Source: Chthonomonadales bacterium
GTDB lineage: Bacteria; Armatimonadota; Chthonomonadetes; Chthonomonadales; CAJBBX01
DNA length: 64,000 nt
Reading direction: 5' to 3'
Assembly: GCA_038229495.1 (NCBI GenBank)
Contig: JBBROJ010000008.1
Coordinates: 4,233 to 68,232 of the forward strand
The notes beneath the pieces were generated by a model, which was not told the DNA's origin, did no database searches, and saw only the letters and a program-made list of their open reading frames with translations. Each line of letters starts with the position of its first letter. Position 1 is the first letter of the stretch. This document shows positions 46,922 to 56,209 of the stretch, piece after piece. The position numbers and the translations under genes are program-made.

Positions 46922-47536
46922 CTACAACAAGCTATTTAGCGCCTCGGCATAGGCGCGGCAGGCGGCGGTCTTGTCATAGGCGCTCATCGCGGGCGAGCAG
47001 ATCGCCACACCCACCGCCCCGGCCACAATGCACTCCGCAACCCGTTCCACCGGCATATCCGTTCCGACGATTATGGGCGCCGCGAGACCTTCGACCAACT
47101 GCCGGAAGTGGGCGAGAATCCGCTCCGGACTCGTCCAGTCGTACTCGATGAGCAGATAGTCCGCCCCCTCGCCTGCCCTCTGTTCAGCGTCTTTCCGGCT
47201 GCTTATAGACGCCCCAACTATCCCCTCCTGTCCAACGCGCTCGCGAGCTTCCGCAATGGATACTCCAGCGCCGGAGATATGTACTCCTTGCGCCCCGATC
47301 CTGCCGGCCATCTCCGCGTCGTCCGAGATAAGGAAAGGCACGCGCCGCTTCACGCCGTCGGCAACGAATCGCGCAATCGTCATGCGATGATTCGCCGGGA
47401 TATCCGTCTCCCTCAGCGCCACGAGATTGCACCCGCCGGTGATTGCGGGGGCGACCACCTGTGCCAACGTCCAGTTTGGCGTCAGGCGCGTGCGGTCGGT
47501 CAACAGCATCAGGCACGGGTTCGGAATACTCGGCAT
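46922..47536 (-). CDS. Thiamine-phosphate synthase (ThiE/TenI) family protein
   Basis: GG..LV.LRE, ...DD...A...GA.GVH, G..GIVGAS, A..GADY; divergent C-terminal half. Confidence 0.65.
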   Translation of the reverse strand: MPSIPNPCLMLLTDRTRLTPNWTLAQVVAPAITGGCNLVALRETDIPANHRMTIARFVADGVKRRVPFLISDDAEMAGRIGAQGVHISGAGVSIAEARERVGQEGIVGASISSRKDAEQRAGEGADYLLIEYDWTSPERILAHFRQLVEGLAAPIIVGTDMPVERVAECIVAGAVGVAICSPAMSAYDKTAACRAYAEALNSLL

Positions 47537-47561
47537 GTCGTGACTGTAAACCGGACAACCA

Positions 47562-47666
47562 GTAAATGTGTCAATGGGTAAATTGGTCAATGGGTAAATC
47601 AATCAATGGGTAAATTGGTCAATGAATCTAGGCGCGTTGACCCATTGACCAGTTTACCCGTTGACT
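47562..47666. repeat. Inverted octamer arrays (gtmaatkg x8 / cattgacc-like x4)
   Basis: Same unit family as 24321-24402. Confidence 0.88.
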
Positions 47667-47732
47667 GACAGCAAAACGGGAGCGTGGGACCTTCTCCCAC
47701 GCTCCCGCAAGCCTATCTATTCCGTTTTCAAT

Positions 47733-49148
47733 CTAACCGCGAGTATCGTTACCAGCGCCCTTGCCAGTATCTTTGCCACTATCTTTGCCACTATCTTTGC
47801 CACTATCTTTGCCACTATCTTTGTCGCCGGGCTTCGGCGCATCTTCAGTACCCGAAGTCGGCTCGGCAGATTTGGAATCGCTTCCGCCCGGCGTGGCCGG
47901 GTCCGGCGGACCCACTGATGAATCGGTGGGGGCGGGCTCCACGCTGGCGTCGACGGTATGTTTTGCATGTTTTCCGGCACGAACGCGACGACGGCCGGCG
48001 CCGCGTTCGTACGGCGCGTTCATGTCGCGAACCGCGTTGGGGTCGGGAGCGTCGATATTGAGCGCGACCAGATCGTTCGGGAAGAATATCTCCTGAATCA
48101 TTTTCGCGCTCTTGTCCGCGTAGATGGTTACGTAGCTCGGCCCCTCGAAGGAGGGCAGAGTCTTGATCGTGATGTTCTCTTTCGGAATGGAGCGGGCAAA
48201 GTTAGCCAGCGTGTACATCTGGTCCCGGCTAAGATTCGCGAGCTTCAGGTTGTCACTAAGCCTGTCCACGAGCTTGGGCAGCACCATGAACGTGGAACCA
48301 GCCTTCAGCTTCGTGCGCATCGCCTCAAGGAATTCATGCTGGCGCTTGGACCGCATTTCGTCGCTGTCGGAGTGCCGCATCCGCACGTAACCCATGGCGC
48401 GATAGCCGTCCATGTGCTGGTAGCCGGGCTTCAGATGGATATGGAGGTTGCCCCAGTTGTCGTCGTAATCGAGCTTCTTCTCGACATTCACGTCGATGCC
48501 GCCGATGGTGTTGACTATTTGCTGGAACCCCTCGAAATTGACCGTTACACAAGCGTCGGGCTGAACGCCGAAGACGCTCTTGATGGTCTCCATGGTCAAT
48601 TCTTCGCCGCCGAGGTTGTGCGCCGCGTTGATTTTGTGAATGCCCCGGTATCCGGGTACGCGGACCGCCGTGTCGCGAGGAATAGTAATCGCGCTGACGG
48701 TCTTGTTGATGAAATCGACGCGCGCCAGGAGAATCGAGTCGCTGCGGCCAGGGCTGGACTTCACTATCTGATCGCGGTCGTCGTAGTCGTGGTCCACGCC
48801 GAGAATGAGCACGTTCATCGACGTACGGTCGGGGAACTGCCGCTCCGGCGTCCACTCTTTGGTTGGGTCCCCGGATGTGAGCACATCCATCGCAACCTGA
48901 AGCCCGTGCTCATTGAAAGTTTTGTGAAAAAAATCGCTGCCCCAATAGAAGTGACCGAAGACGGTTCCCGCGGCAAGCGACATGAGACAGAACACAGTAC
49001 CAAATACCATGCCTGCCTGACGCCAGCGCCGCTGACCTGATGTCCGCAGTACGACGGTAATCTTATGCGAGCCGGAATCGGAGGGCCTCGCGGCTGCTGT
49101 TTCCTGATTCGACTGCGGTATATCTGTCGGTTTTGAGTTGTCGGACAA
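47733..49148 (-). CDS. LCP (LytR-CpsA-Psr) family cell-wall transferase
   Basis: N-terminal TM; NVLILGVD, RSDSILL, IPRDT, KINAAH, F.GF..IV..IGGIDV, YVRMRH.DSD..R.KRQ; C-terminal (KDSG)x4 from a 12-bp repeat at 47769-47816. Confidence 0.93.
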   Translation of the reverse strand: MSDNSKPTDIPQSNQETAAARPSDSGSHKITVVLRTSGQRRWRQAGMVFGTVFCLMSLAAGTVFGHFYWGSDFFHKTFNEHGLQVAMDVLTSGDPTKEWTPERQFPDRTSMNVLILGVDHDYDDRDQIVKSSPGRSDSILLARVDFINKTVSAITIPRDTAVRVPGYRGIHKINAAHNLGGEELTMETIKSVFGVQPDACVTVNFEGFQQIVNTIGGIDVNVEKKLDYDDNWGNLHIHLKPGYQHMDGYRAMGYVRMRHSDSDEMRSKRQHEFLEAMRTKLKAGSTFMVLPKLVDRLSDNLKLANLSRDQMYTLANFARSIPKENITIKTLPSFEGPSYVTIYADKSAKMIQEIFFPNDLVALNIDAPDPNAVRDMNAPYERGAGRRRVRAGKHAKHTVDASVEPAPTDSSVGPPDPATPGGSDSKSAEPTSGTEDAPKPGDKDSGKDSGKDSGKDSGKDTGKGAGNDTRG

Positions 49149-49477
49149 GGTGCATCTCCCAGCAATATTAGTTATGAATTAGATGTCGCTTTGTTCGGCC
49201 CGGCCTGCACAAAGAGAGGCTCAACCCTCGCAGGACAGTAATGTCAGGACAGCAATGTCGAGAGGAACCCGGTCCATTTATGCTATCATGCCGGGCAGTC
49301 GCTGTCAAGTAATATAGTCTATTTTGTGAAAATATAATCTTATGCCTGAAACTCATTTCACATTATAGATGTGCGGCATTCAACCCTTCCAAAGAAACGG
49401 CCTATAGGGAGCGCCTGTATCCGCGCCCCGCATTGCTTGAACCCACCTCTTACCACATTGCCTCGTCCCTACCATTC

Positions 49478-49486
49478 TGCTATAAT
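49478..49486 (+). promoter_or_regulatory. Extended -10 promoter upstream of dnaA
   Basis: TGcTATAAT about 60 bp before the dnaA ATG. Confidence 0.5.
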
Positions 49487-49547
49487 TTCGCACTGTGACG
49501 ACAGACTATGGCGAAGAGACGCATCCTGTGAGCGGACCGGTGAATCG

Positions 49548-50990
49548 ATGAGCGGCGAACAGCTTGAGCTTGGTGACGACGATCGCTCCATTACGCTCAA
49601 GCGCGCATGGAGCCGCGCCCTGGTCACGCTGGCATCCGTCATCAATCGAGCCGCCTTCGAAGGCTATATCCGCCCCATTCAGCCGTTGACTTACAGCAAT
49701 GGCGTCGCGACGCTGGGCGTTGCAAGCGCCTGGGCGAGAGAGTGGCTCAAGAAGTACCTCCCGGACATTCGCACGGCCCTGGAAGAGCATCTCAGCGCAC
49801 CCCTCGATATTCGATTCAATCTCATAACGCCGGAGGAGCGCCCCCTGTTCGGCCTCCACTCCGATTCTGAGAAACAATTCGTGCAGATTGCAGCGCCTAC
49901 TGCTGCCGCGCGCTCCTCCGCACCACCGCCACTGCCCCCTATCGATGCTATCCCTTCGCTCCCGTTGAACGAAGGATATACGTTCGACCACTTTATAGTC
50001 GGCAGAAGCAACCGTCTGGCGCATGCAGGCGCGACGGCAGTTGCAGAGTCTCCCGGAACCGTCTACAACCCGCTCTTCCTCTACGGTAACTCCGGGTTGG
50101 GCAAAACCCACCTGCTTCACGCTATTGGTCATGCCGTGAGGCAACGGGATGGCAGTATTCGCGTCGCGCTCGTGGATGGCGAAAACTTCACGCAGCACTA
50201 TGTCGGCGCGCTCCGCGACAAGAAGATGGATCTCTTCAGGAGCTATTTCCGCAGCATGGACATCTGGCTCGTGGACGACGTCCAGTTCATCGCCGGAAAG
50301 GAGCAGACGAAGGAGGAGTTCTACCACACCTTCAACGCTCTCTATCAATCCGGAAAGCAGATAGTCATCGCTTCGGACCGCAGTCCGCGCGAGCTGCGCA
50401 CGATGGATGAGAGATTGCGCTCCCGATTCGAGAGCGGGCTGATTGCTGACATCAACCCGCCGGAGTTGGAGACGCGGGCCGCGATTCTGGAACGGCGCTG
50501 CGAAGCGGAGAACTGGTCCGTGCCGGGAGACGTGCTCTTCTACATCGCCGACGCCATCCAGTCGAACATCCGCACGCTGCAAGGGGCGCTGACGAAGCTG
50601 GTGGCCTATGCCTCCATCATGAAGACGCTGCCGAGCATGGAGGTGGCGCAGAGCGTGCTGGGCGAATACTACATAGACCGCCCGCTGCCCGGCACGCGCA
50701 AGAACGTTCCGGTCGAGATGATCATGCAGGCGACCGCCGAGGAGTTCGGGACAACGGTCGAGGGTCTTCGCGGCGAGCGGCGCGACAAGGCCGCGGTGCA
50801 GGCGCGACAAGCGGCAATGCTTCTCTGCCGAGAGCTTGCGAACATGCCGCTCGCGCAGATTGGCGCGGCCTTCGGCGGGCGCGACCATACGACGGTTCAG
50901 CGCGGAATTGCGAAACTGGAGGGGCTGCTTCCCTTCGACCGCCCGCTGCATGCCCGCGTACAGTCAATTCGCGGCAAGCTGGAGCGCTGA
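49548..50990 (+). CDS. dnaA: Chromosomal replication initiator DnaA
   Basis: YTFDHFIVG.SNRLAH, YNPLFLYG.SGLGKTHL, LVDDVQF, QEEFYHTFN, RLRSRF..GL, SNIR.LQGAL, FGGRDHTTV. Confidence 0.98.
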   Translation: MSGEQLELGDDDRSITLKRAWSRALVTLASVINRAAFEGYIRPIQPLTYSNGVATLGVASAWAREWLKKYLPDIRTALEEHLSAPLDIRFNLITPEERPLFGLHSDSEKQFVQIAAPTAAARSSAPPPLPPIDAIPSLPLNEGYTFDHFIVGRSNRLAHAGATAVAESPGTVYNPLFLYGNSGLGKTHLLHAIGHAVRQRDGSIRVALVDGENFTQHYVGALRDKKMDLFRSYFRSMDIWLVDDVQFIAGKEQTKEEFYHTFNALYQSGKQIVIASDRSPRELRTMDERLRSRFESGLIADINPPELETRAAILERRCEAENWSVPGDVLFYIADAIQSNIRTLQGALTKLVAYASIMKTLPSMEVAQSVLGEYYIDRPLPGTRKNVPVEMIMQATAEEFGTTVEGLRGERRDKAAVQARQAAMLLCRELANMPLAQIGAAFGGRDHTTVQRGIAKLEGLLPFDRPLHARVQSIRGKLER

Positions 50991-51400
50991 ACCTGCTTCT
51001 TACCTGCCCGAGCTACCGGTCGAGTTATGCACAGCGCTGTGCATAACTTAGTGCGTAACCTCCCCGCTCTGTGCGCAAATCCGAATCGCCGGACTTCCGG
51101 CCTCAAAGTTAGCTGCATGAACGCACAAATGGAGACCTGGTTATACACCGTAAATCAGCCGATTCTGCGTAACTATTTCTTCCTGATTCACGGATTTTGG
51201 CCGCAAATCGTTTCTATCCGAATACAGCGTTGACAGTCATTGGCTATTCCATTGGGGCCGCTGTAAATGATATTTCTCTCTCGCATTTTGCGGCAATCCG
51301 GCTGCGTGCTAAGTTATGCACGTTATGCACTGCATAATAATCATAACAAAACTAAAGACTCTCTCTATATATACCAATAATGAGTCTCTTGCGTGCGCGA
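50991..51400. other. Replication origin oriC
   Basis: Gap between dnaA and recF with TTATGCAC-type boxes at 51025, 51038 (inverted), 51314 and 51323, degenerate boxes at 51050, 51070 and 51141, then an A-centred triplet run (taa taa tca taa caa aac taa) and ctatatata. Confidence 0.85.
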
Positions 51401-51462
51401 GTTCGGCCCGGATGGACGGCCTGATCGGGCGAATGGACATTTTCGGGACACTGGTAATGTGA

Positions 51463-52677
51463 ATGCGGATTCAACAGCTTGAGCTGCGGAACTTTCGGAA
51501 TTACACGGAGCTGAATCTGTACCCCTGTGAGGGGCTCAACGTTCTCGTCGGGCAGAACGCGCAGGGAAAGAGCAACCTGCTCGAGGCGCTCTATATCCTC
51601 GCCACGACTCGAAGCCTCAGAGCGAGCCGGGAATCGGAGATGATCCAGCGCGCCGCCGACAAGGCCACGGCAGCGGCGGAGGTGATTCGAGAGCGCGAGC
51701 CGGACGTGGAGTTGGAGCTCTCCGTTTTCCAGACCGACAAGAAGTCGATTCGGATCAATGGCGTCCGGCGTCCACGGGTTATCGAGCTTCTGGGGCAGCT
51801 GAACGCGGTCTTCTTTGGGGCGCTGGACCTTGGTATCGCTTCAGCGGATCCCTCTATCCGACGCCGCTGGCTCAACCTCGAAATATCCCAGATCAGCCCG
51901 AAATACTGTTTCGATCTGGCGTCGTACAAGAAGGTGCTGGAGCAGCGAAACCGTCTTCTCCGCGACCTGCGCGACCGGCCCTATCGCGACAGCGGGCTGG
52001 ACGCATGGAACGATCAGCTCGTCCACTACGGCGCGCCGATTATAGACAAGCGGCGGTTCTTTCTGGAGCGCCTCGCGCCGCTCGCCGATGAGATTCACCG
52101 GGACCTGACGGACGGGCGCGAATCGCTGGCCGTCCGCTACCTGCCCAATATCCCGCTTCCGGAGGGCTGCGATGCCGCCGCGTTCGCCACCGCATTCCAT
52201 TCGGAGGTGAAGCGGGTCTCGGCGGACGAGCAGCGCCGTGGCGTCACGCTGGCCGGCGCTCAGCGCGACGACGTCCAGTTCCTCATCAATGGCGCGGATG
52301 CGCGGACGTACGGGTCGCAGGGGCAGCAGCGCACCGTCGTGCTCAGCCTGAAGCTCGCGGAGTTCCGGTTAATGGAGGAGTACGTCGGCGAGATGCCCGT
52401 GCTGCTGCTGGACGACGTCATGTCGGACCTAGACGACGCGCGCCGGGGCCACCTGCTCGGCTGGATGCGGGGCCGCGGCCAGACGTTCATCACCTGCACG
52501 AACCTGCGCGCGTTTCCCGCCGATATCTTGCAGGATGCGCGGGTGTTCCATGTCGAATCTGGAACGGTATCGCCGGTATCACCGGTATCGATAAACGGAT
52601 CACTATCTTCGAGCGAGAAACCAGGGCAGGCTCAGCCCGTCAGCGCGGCTGTCGGTGGAGAAAGCGATGAGGCGTAG
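51463..52677 (+). CDS. recF: DNA replication/repair protein RecF
   Basis: L.L.NFRNY, G.NAQGKSNLLEA.Y.L...RS.R, RRRWL, G.QRDD, YGSQGQQRT..L.LKLAE, LLLDDV.S.LD..RR. Confidence 0.97.
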   Translation: MRIQQLELRNFRNYTELNLYPCEGLNVLVGQNAQGKSNLLEALYILATTRSLRASRESEMIQRAADKATAAAEVIREREPDVELELSVFQTDKKSIRINGVRRPRVIELLGQLNAVFFGALDLGIASADPSIRRRWLNLEISQISPKYCFDLASYKKVLEQRNRLLRDLRDRPYRDSGLDAWNDQLVHYGAPIIDKRRFFLERLAPLADEIHRDLTDGRESLAVRYLPNIPLPEGCDAAAFATAFHSEVKRVSADEQRRGVTLAGAQRDDVQFLINGADARTYGSQGQQRTVVLSLKLAEFRLMEEYVGEMPVLLLDDVMSDLDDARRGHLLGWMRGRGQTFITCTNLRAFPADILQDARVFHVESGTVSPVSPVSINGSLSSSEKPGQAQPVSAAVGGESDEA

Positions 52678-53269
52678 AGGGCGAGGGCAGGGCGCGGTCA
52701 CGGAGGCGCTGGAAGGGCTGTTCGGCAGCATGGAGAGCGGCGCGAAGGTCCGCGAGAGCCTGGCGCTCGCCTATTGGGCCGGGGCGGTAGGTCCGCAGGC
52801 GGCAGCCGCGACTGAAGCCGAGACGGTCCGGGACGGCATCCTCTTTGTCCGCACCAAAAGCTCGGTATGGTCCCACGAGCTGACCTTCCTCAAGCCGCAT
52901 ATCCTCGCGGAGTTGAACCGCCGTATCGGCCGTCCAATTATCAAGGAGATAATCTACCGAGCGCAGGGTGTTAAGAAATCAGCAGTCGTAGACGAGAGAA
53001 TCGAGAATCCTTCGGAGGAGGATTTGACGCTGGTTGCGCTGTCCACGGACGAGAAAGTGGCGCTCCTAAAAGAGCTCGATTCGCTGGTCTCCATCCCCGA
53101 CGAGAAGATGCGCCAGTCTATTACCGTGCGCGTCACACGAGACCACAACCTCCGCAGGTGGCGGCTCGACCGAGGCTGGAAGCAGTGCGCTGGCTGCACC
53201 GCCCTTCACGACACGGACGGCAATCTCTGCCCCATCTGCCGCCTCTGCCGGAAGCCCTACGCTCAGTAA
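52667..53269 (+). CDS. DUF721 (DciA-like) protein with C-terminal CxxC...CxxC zinc ribbon
   Basis: W..AVG....A.T......DG.L.V...S.VWSHEL..LK..IL..LN; C.GC...C..C; canonical position after recF. Confidence 0.85.
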   Translation: MRRRGRGQGAVTEALEGLFGSMESGAKVRESLALAYWAGAVGPQAAAATEAETVRDGILFVRTKSSVWSHELTFLKPHILAELNRRIGRPIIKEIIYRAQGVKKSAVVDERIENPSEEDLTLVALSTDEKVALLKELDSLVSIPDEKMRQSITVRVTRDHNLRRWRLDRGWKQCAGCTALHDTDGNLCPICRLCRKPYAQ

Positions 53270-53574
53270 CCCCTGCTCGCGAGGGAACGCCGACGGCGAG
53301 CGAGGCACTGAAGTGACTATGGTTTCGTGGCTGGAGGGCCTGCGGCCGGTCGTCCTACCGGATGAAAGACCCACTTATGCGGGGTCTCCACTCTTCCATC
53401 ACTCAGATATTCGTTGCATTTTGTTGTCTGCATGCTTCCGCTTCCGGCACGGTACTGCGAGTAGGATAAGTGGATGATCGACTGCTTGGCTTCGCGATAA
53501 CGACGTAGCTGATGCCGCACGGTCGGTGCTCCGAACTTTTACGTCTCAATTTGATCGAGGGAGACAACGGCCGC

Positions 53575-54336
53575 ATGGAAAACCAACTGCGCATGATTGT
53601 GGACAACGGTTGGCGACAGTTCGGGTCCGCACAGGCACCACACATCGTCCGGCCCGCGATTCCAATCCTGTACTTTGGCGATCTGACTGCATATCAGCAA
53701 TCCGACATCCGAATCATCACGGTTGGGCTCAATCCATCGTCGGCAGAGTTTCCAATGGCAGACTGGTTCTTAAGGTTCCCAATCGCGAGAGAGCTTGTGG
53801 GCAGAGTCGTCTTAACCGACTCTGAGACTATGACATATGTCGATTCGCTCGGCTCGTACTTTAGCGCAAAGCCATATCGGGGTTGGTTCGACCAGGCATT
53901 TGGCGCTATTCTGGATGGGGCAGGCGCGAGCTTCTACGAAGGCCGCCGCGTGGCGCTTCACACTGATATTTGCTCACCTCTGGCAACCGATCCGACGTGG
54001 AGCAAGCTTTCCACTGGTGAACGCACCAAACTGCTCGATTGGGGGGTTGAGCTCTGGCATGAGCTGGTTGAGTACCTGCAACTCGACCTTGCGATTGTGT
54101 CGGTCGCGAGGCACTACATGGACCGAATTGAGTTTGGCGAGGAGAGATCCTGGAAGCTATGTTACCGCGTCGCGCGACTAAGACCATATGACGTGGAGAT
54201 TTCGCGCCGCCTGTTTAAGACAGGCAAGCCATGCATGTTTTCATTTGGGCGGGCTGCGCAAAGACCGTTTGGCACGGTTGGTGGAAACGACAAGAGGGAA
54301 ATCGGCAAGGCTCTTGTGGAGGCTCTTAATGCATGA
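53575..54336 (+). CDS. Hypothetical protein, uracil-DNA-glycosylase-superfamily-like
   Basis: PILYFG...IITVGLNPS motif resembling UDG/MUG motif A (VGxNP); RBS present; lower GC than flanks by eye. Confidence 0.5.
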   Translation: MENQLRMIVDNGWRQFGSAQAPHIVRPAIPILYFGDLTAYQQSDIRIITVGLNPSSAEFPMADWFLRFPIARELVGRVVLTDSETMTYVDSLGSYFSAKPYRGWFDQAFGAILDGAGASFYEGRRVALHTDICSPLATDPTWSKLSTGERTKLLDWGVELWHELVEYLQLDLAIVSVARHYMDRIEFGEERSWKLCYRVARLRPYDVEISRRLFKTGKPCMFSFGRAAQRPFGTVGGNDKREIGKALVEALNA

Positions 54337-55201
54337 TCAACTGGTATTTGTTCAATTTATGCATCCAGGAGGCGAGCATAAGCCTGATCAGGGAAATCTG
54401 CGTACCTGGAACACGGGTGATCACAAGCGCAAGTTCATGGTAAGCGAGGCCAGCTATCTTGAGGCCGGCACGTTACGGCAAGGCAACGTGCTATTCTGGG
54501 GCGAATGGGAGGCCGAATCGGAAGCTGTCAGCCGATTTGCCAAGCCGTCCGGCAATCTACCGGAATTCGTCTATCGCCCCTTTTGGCGCAAGCCCGTCAG
54601 CTACAATGGGATTCAAAACACCGACCCATTTGTCTTTGGCCATGCAATCTCATACTCGTGCTGCAAGCAATTCACGAAGGTTGGGCCGACTTACCTCCGT
54701 CACCTTTCCAGAGGCTCCGTTGTGTTGTTCGGGTCTCATAAAGCGGGCCAATTCGTCCTGGACACGGTGCTGGTGGTGGATTCCTGGGTGGAGCACGACA
54801 GGGAGCGCTTCTGGTCCGACGTGGCCGACAAATTGCATCCGACTTATCGTGACGTGACATTCGCTCCCATATACGGACCGAAGTCCACATGCGGCAACCA
54901 GGATGAGGGCAGCGCGCTCATAGGAGCATCTTACAGACTGTATTCCGGAGCGACAGTTGAGAATCCCGTTAATGGCATGTTCAGCTTCTTCCCATGTATG
55001 AAAGCGGAATTCGATTCCGGGGGCTTTTCAAGACCGAGTATCAGAATGGCGGAGGTTACGGACGCACTAAAGATGGGTGGCCGCAAGAATATCGTTGAAA
55101 ATACCGACGACATACGATTGTTATGGGACAAGGTGCGCGAGCAGGTCGAGAGCGCGGGGCTGTTGCTGGGCTTTGCTGCCAGCATGCCTCCAGAGCGATG
55201 A
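54329..55201 (+). CDS. Hypothetical protein, Nmad2-like (nucleotide-modification-associated)
   Basis: NTDPFVFG...YSCCKQ....LR.L.RGSVVLFGS....F.LDTV.VV resembles the P..G..T...CK..+R....GD core of Nmad2; 8-bp overlap with the upstream gene. Confidence 0.4.
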   Translation: MHDQLVFVQFMHPGGEHKPDQGNLRTWNTGDHKRKFMVSEASYLEAGTLRQGNVLFWGEWEAESEAVSRFAKPSGNLPEFVYRPFWRKPVSYNGIQNTDPFVFGHAISYSCCKQFTKVGPTYLRHLSRGSVVLFGSHKAGQFVLDTVLVVDSWVEHDRERFWSDVADKLHPTYRDVTFAPIYGPKSTCGNQDEGSALIGASYRLYSGATVENPVNGMFSFFPCMKAEFDSGGFSRPSIRMAEVTDALKMGGRKNIVENTDDIRLLWDKVREQVESAGLLLGFAASMPPER

Positions 55202-55226
55202 GGATGTCTAGATTGAAGAAGCACCA

Positions 55227-55949
55227 ATGACCGAATCGAACGGGAAACGAAGAATCCTTGCCGTGGGCGCGCACCCCGACGACATCGAGATACTCTGCGC
55301 CGGCACGCTCGCGCGATGCCGGGAGCGCGGCGATGAGGTTGTCCTCTGCGTGGCGACAAACGGAAATATGGGCAGCATGACCCACCAGCCGCCGGAGCTG
55401 GCCGCGATTAGGGAATCCGAGGCGCGCATCGCCGCCGCCCATCTCGACGCGGAGCTGATTTGGCTCGGCTATCCGGACGAGTTTATCTATGCGGACCACG
55501 AAACGCGCATGCGCTTCATCGAAATGATCCGGCACGCGCGCCCGGACCTCATACTGACGCACACGCCCAACGACTATCACCAGGACCACCGCACGGTGAG
55601 CGAGCTCGTCTTCGTTTCCTCCTTCATCGGCGCGGTCCCCCACGTGCAGACCGCATCCCCCATGCATCCGCAAATCTGCCCCATCTACTACTTCGACACT
55701 CTGGCGGGCGTGGACTTTCTGCCGACCGAGTATGTGGATATTACGACCACGCTCGAAACCAAGCTATCCATGCTCCAGTGCCACAAGAGCCAACTCGAAT
55801 GGCTGGGCGACTACAACGGTATCGACATCGTGGAGTTTGCAACGACGGTCGCGCGATTCCGGGGCCTGCAATCGGGTGTGCGATATGCGGAAGGGTTTCG
55901 CCGCGCCGAAGCGTGGCCGCGCGTGACCACAGAGCGCCTTCTTCCGTAG
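55227..55949 (+). CDS. PIG-L/LmbE family deacetylase (cytoplasmic)
   Basis: AVGAHPDDIE, TNGNMG, DYHQDH, YAEGF. Confidence 0.9.
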   Translation: MTESNGKRRILAVGAHPDDIEILCAGTLARCRERGDEVVLCVATNGNMGSMTHQPPELAAIRESEARIAAAHLDAELIWLGYPDEFIYADHETRMRFIEMIRHARPDLILTHTPNDYHQDHRTVSELVFVSSFIGAVPHVQTASPMHPQICPIYYFDTLAGVDFLPTEYVDITTTLETKLSMLQCHKSQLEWLGDYNGIDIVEFATTVARFRGLQSGVRYAEGFRRAEAWPRVTTERLLP

Positions 55950-56086
55950 CCCGTGCGACTAAAGTCACGGGCAACATCTCGGCACTCGGACCAGTGGCGT
56001 GCCGAGAACTCTGGCACAAAGTCTCCTAAAGGAGACTGGCGGCTCCACGAATTGTCAGTGGGTTGTGCAGTGTCCTTTAGGACACT
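55946..56086. repeat. REP-like cluster with TAAA-loop hairpins
   Basis: GTAGcccgtg-cgactaaagtc-acgggc (55946-55972); agtctcc-taaa-ggagact (56020-56037) and inverted agtgtcc-ttta-ggacact (56069-56086). Confidence 0.65.
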
Positions 56087-56154
56087 TTGGTGCAGTTGTT
56101 GCAGCGGTTTTAACCGCCCAACCCGCCACCTACAGACCTGAATCGAGAAAAAAT

Positions 56155-56184
56155 TTGACATGCTTGCACGGCGTACGCTATAAT
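56155..56184 (+). promoter_or_regulatory. Sigma70 promoter of the arg leader
   Basis: TTGACA (56155-56160)-N18-TATAAT (56179-56184). Confidence 0.85.
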
Positions 56185-56209
56185 CATCTCACACATAGAG
56201 GATAGACCC

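Noticed and set aside
47769-47816. 12-bp tandem repeat in the LCP gene as a phase-variation tract
   Set aside because: Unit length is a multiple of 3 and encodes (KDSG)n in a low-complexity tail, so length changes keep the frame.
53270-53574. Possible decayed GNAT-like fragment (VDDRLLGFAITT*LMPHG..SELLRL)
   Set aside because: Too short and interrupted by stops to support a call without a profile search.
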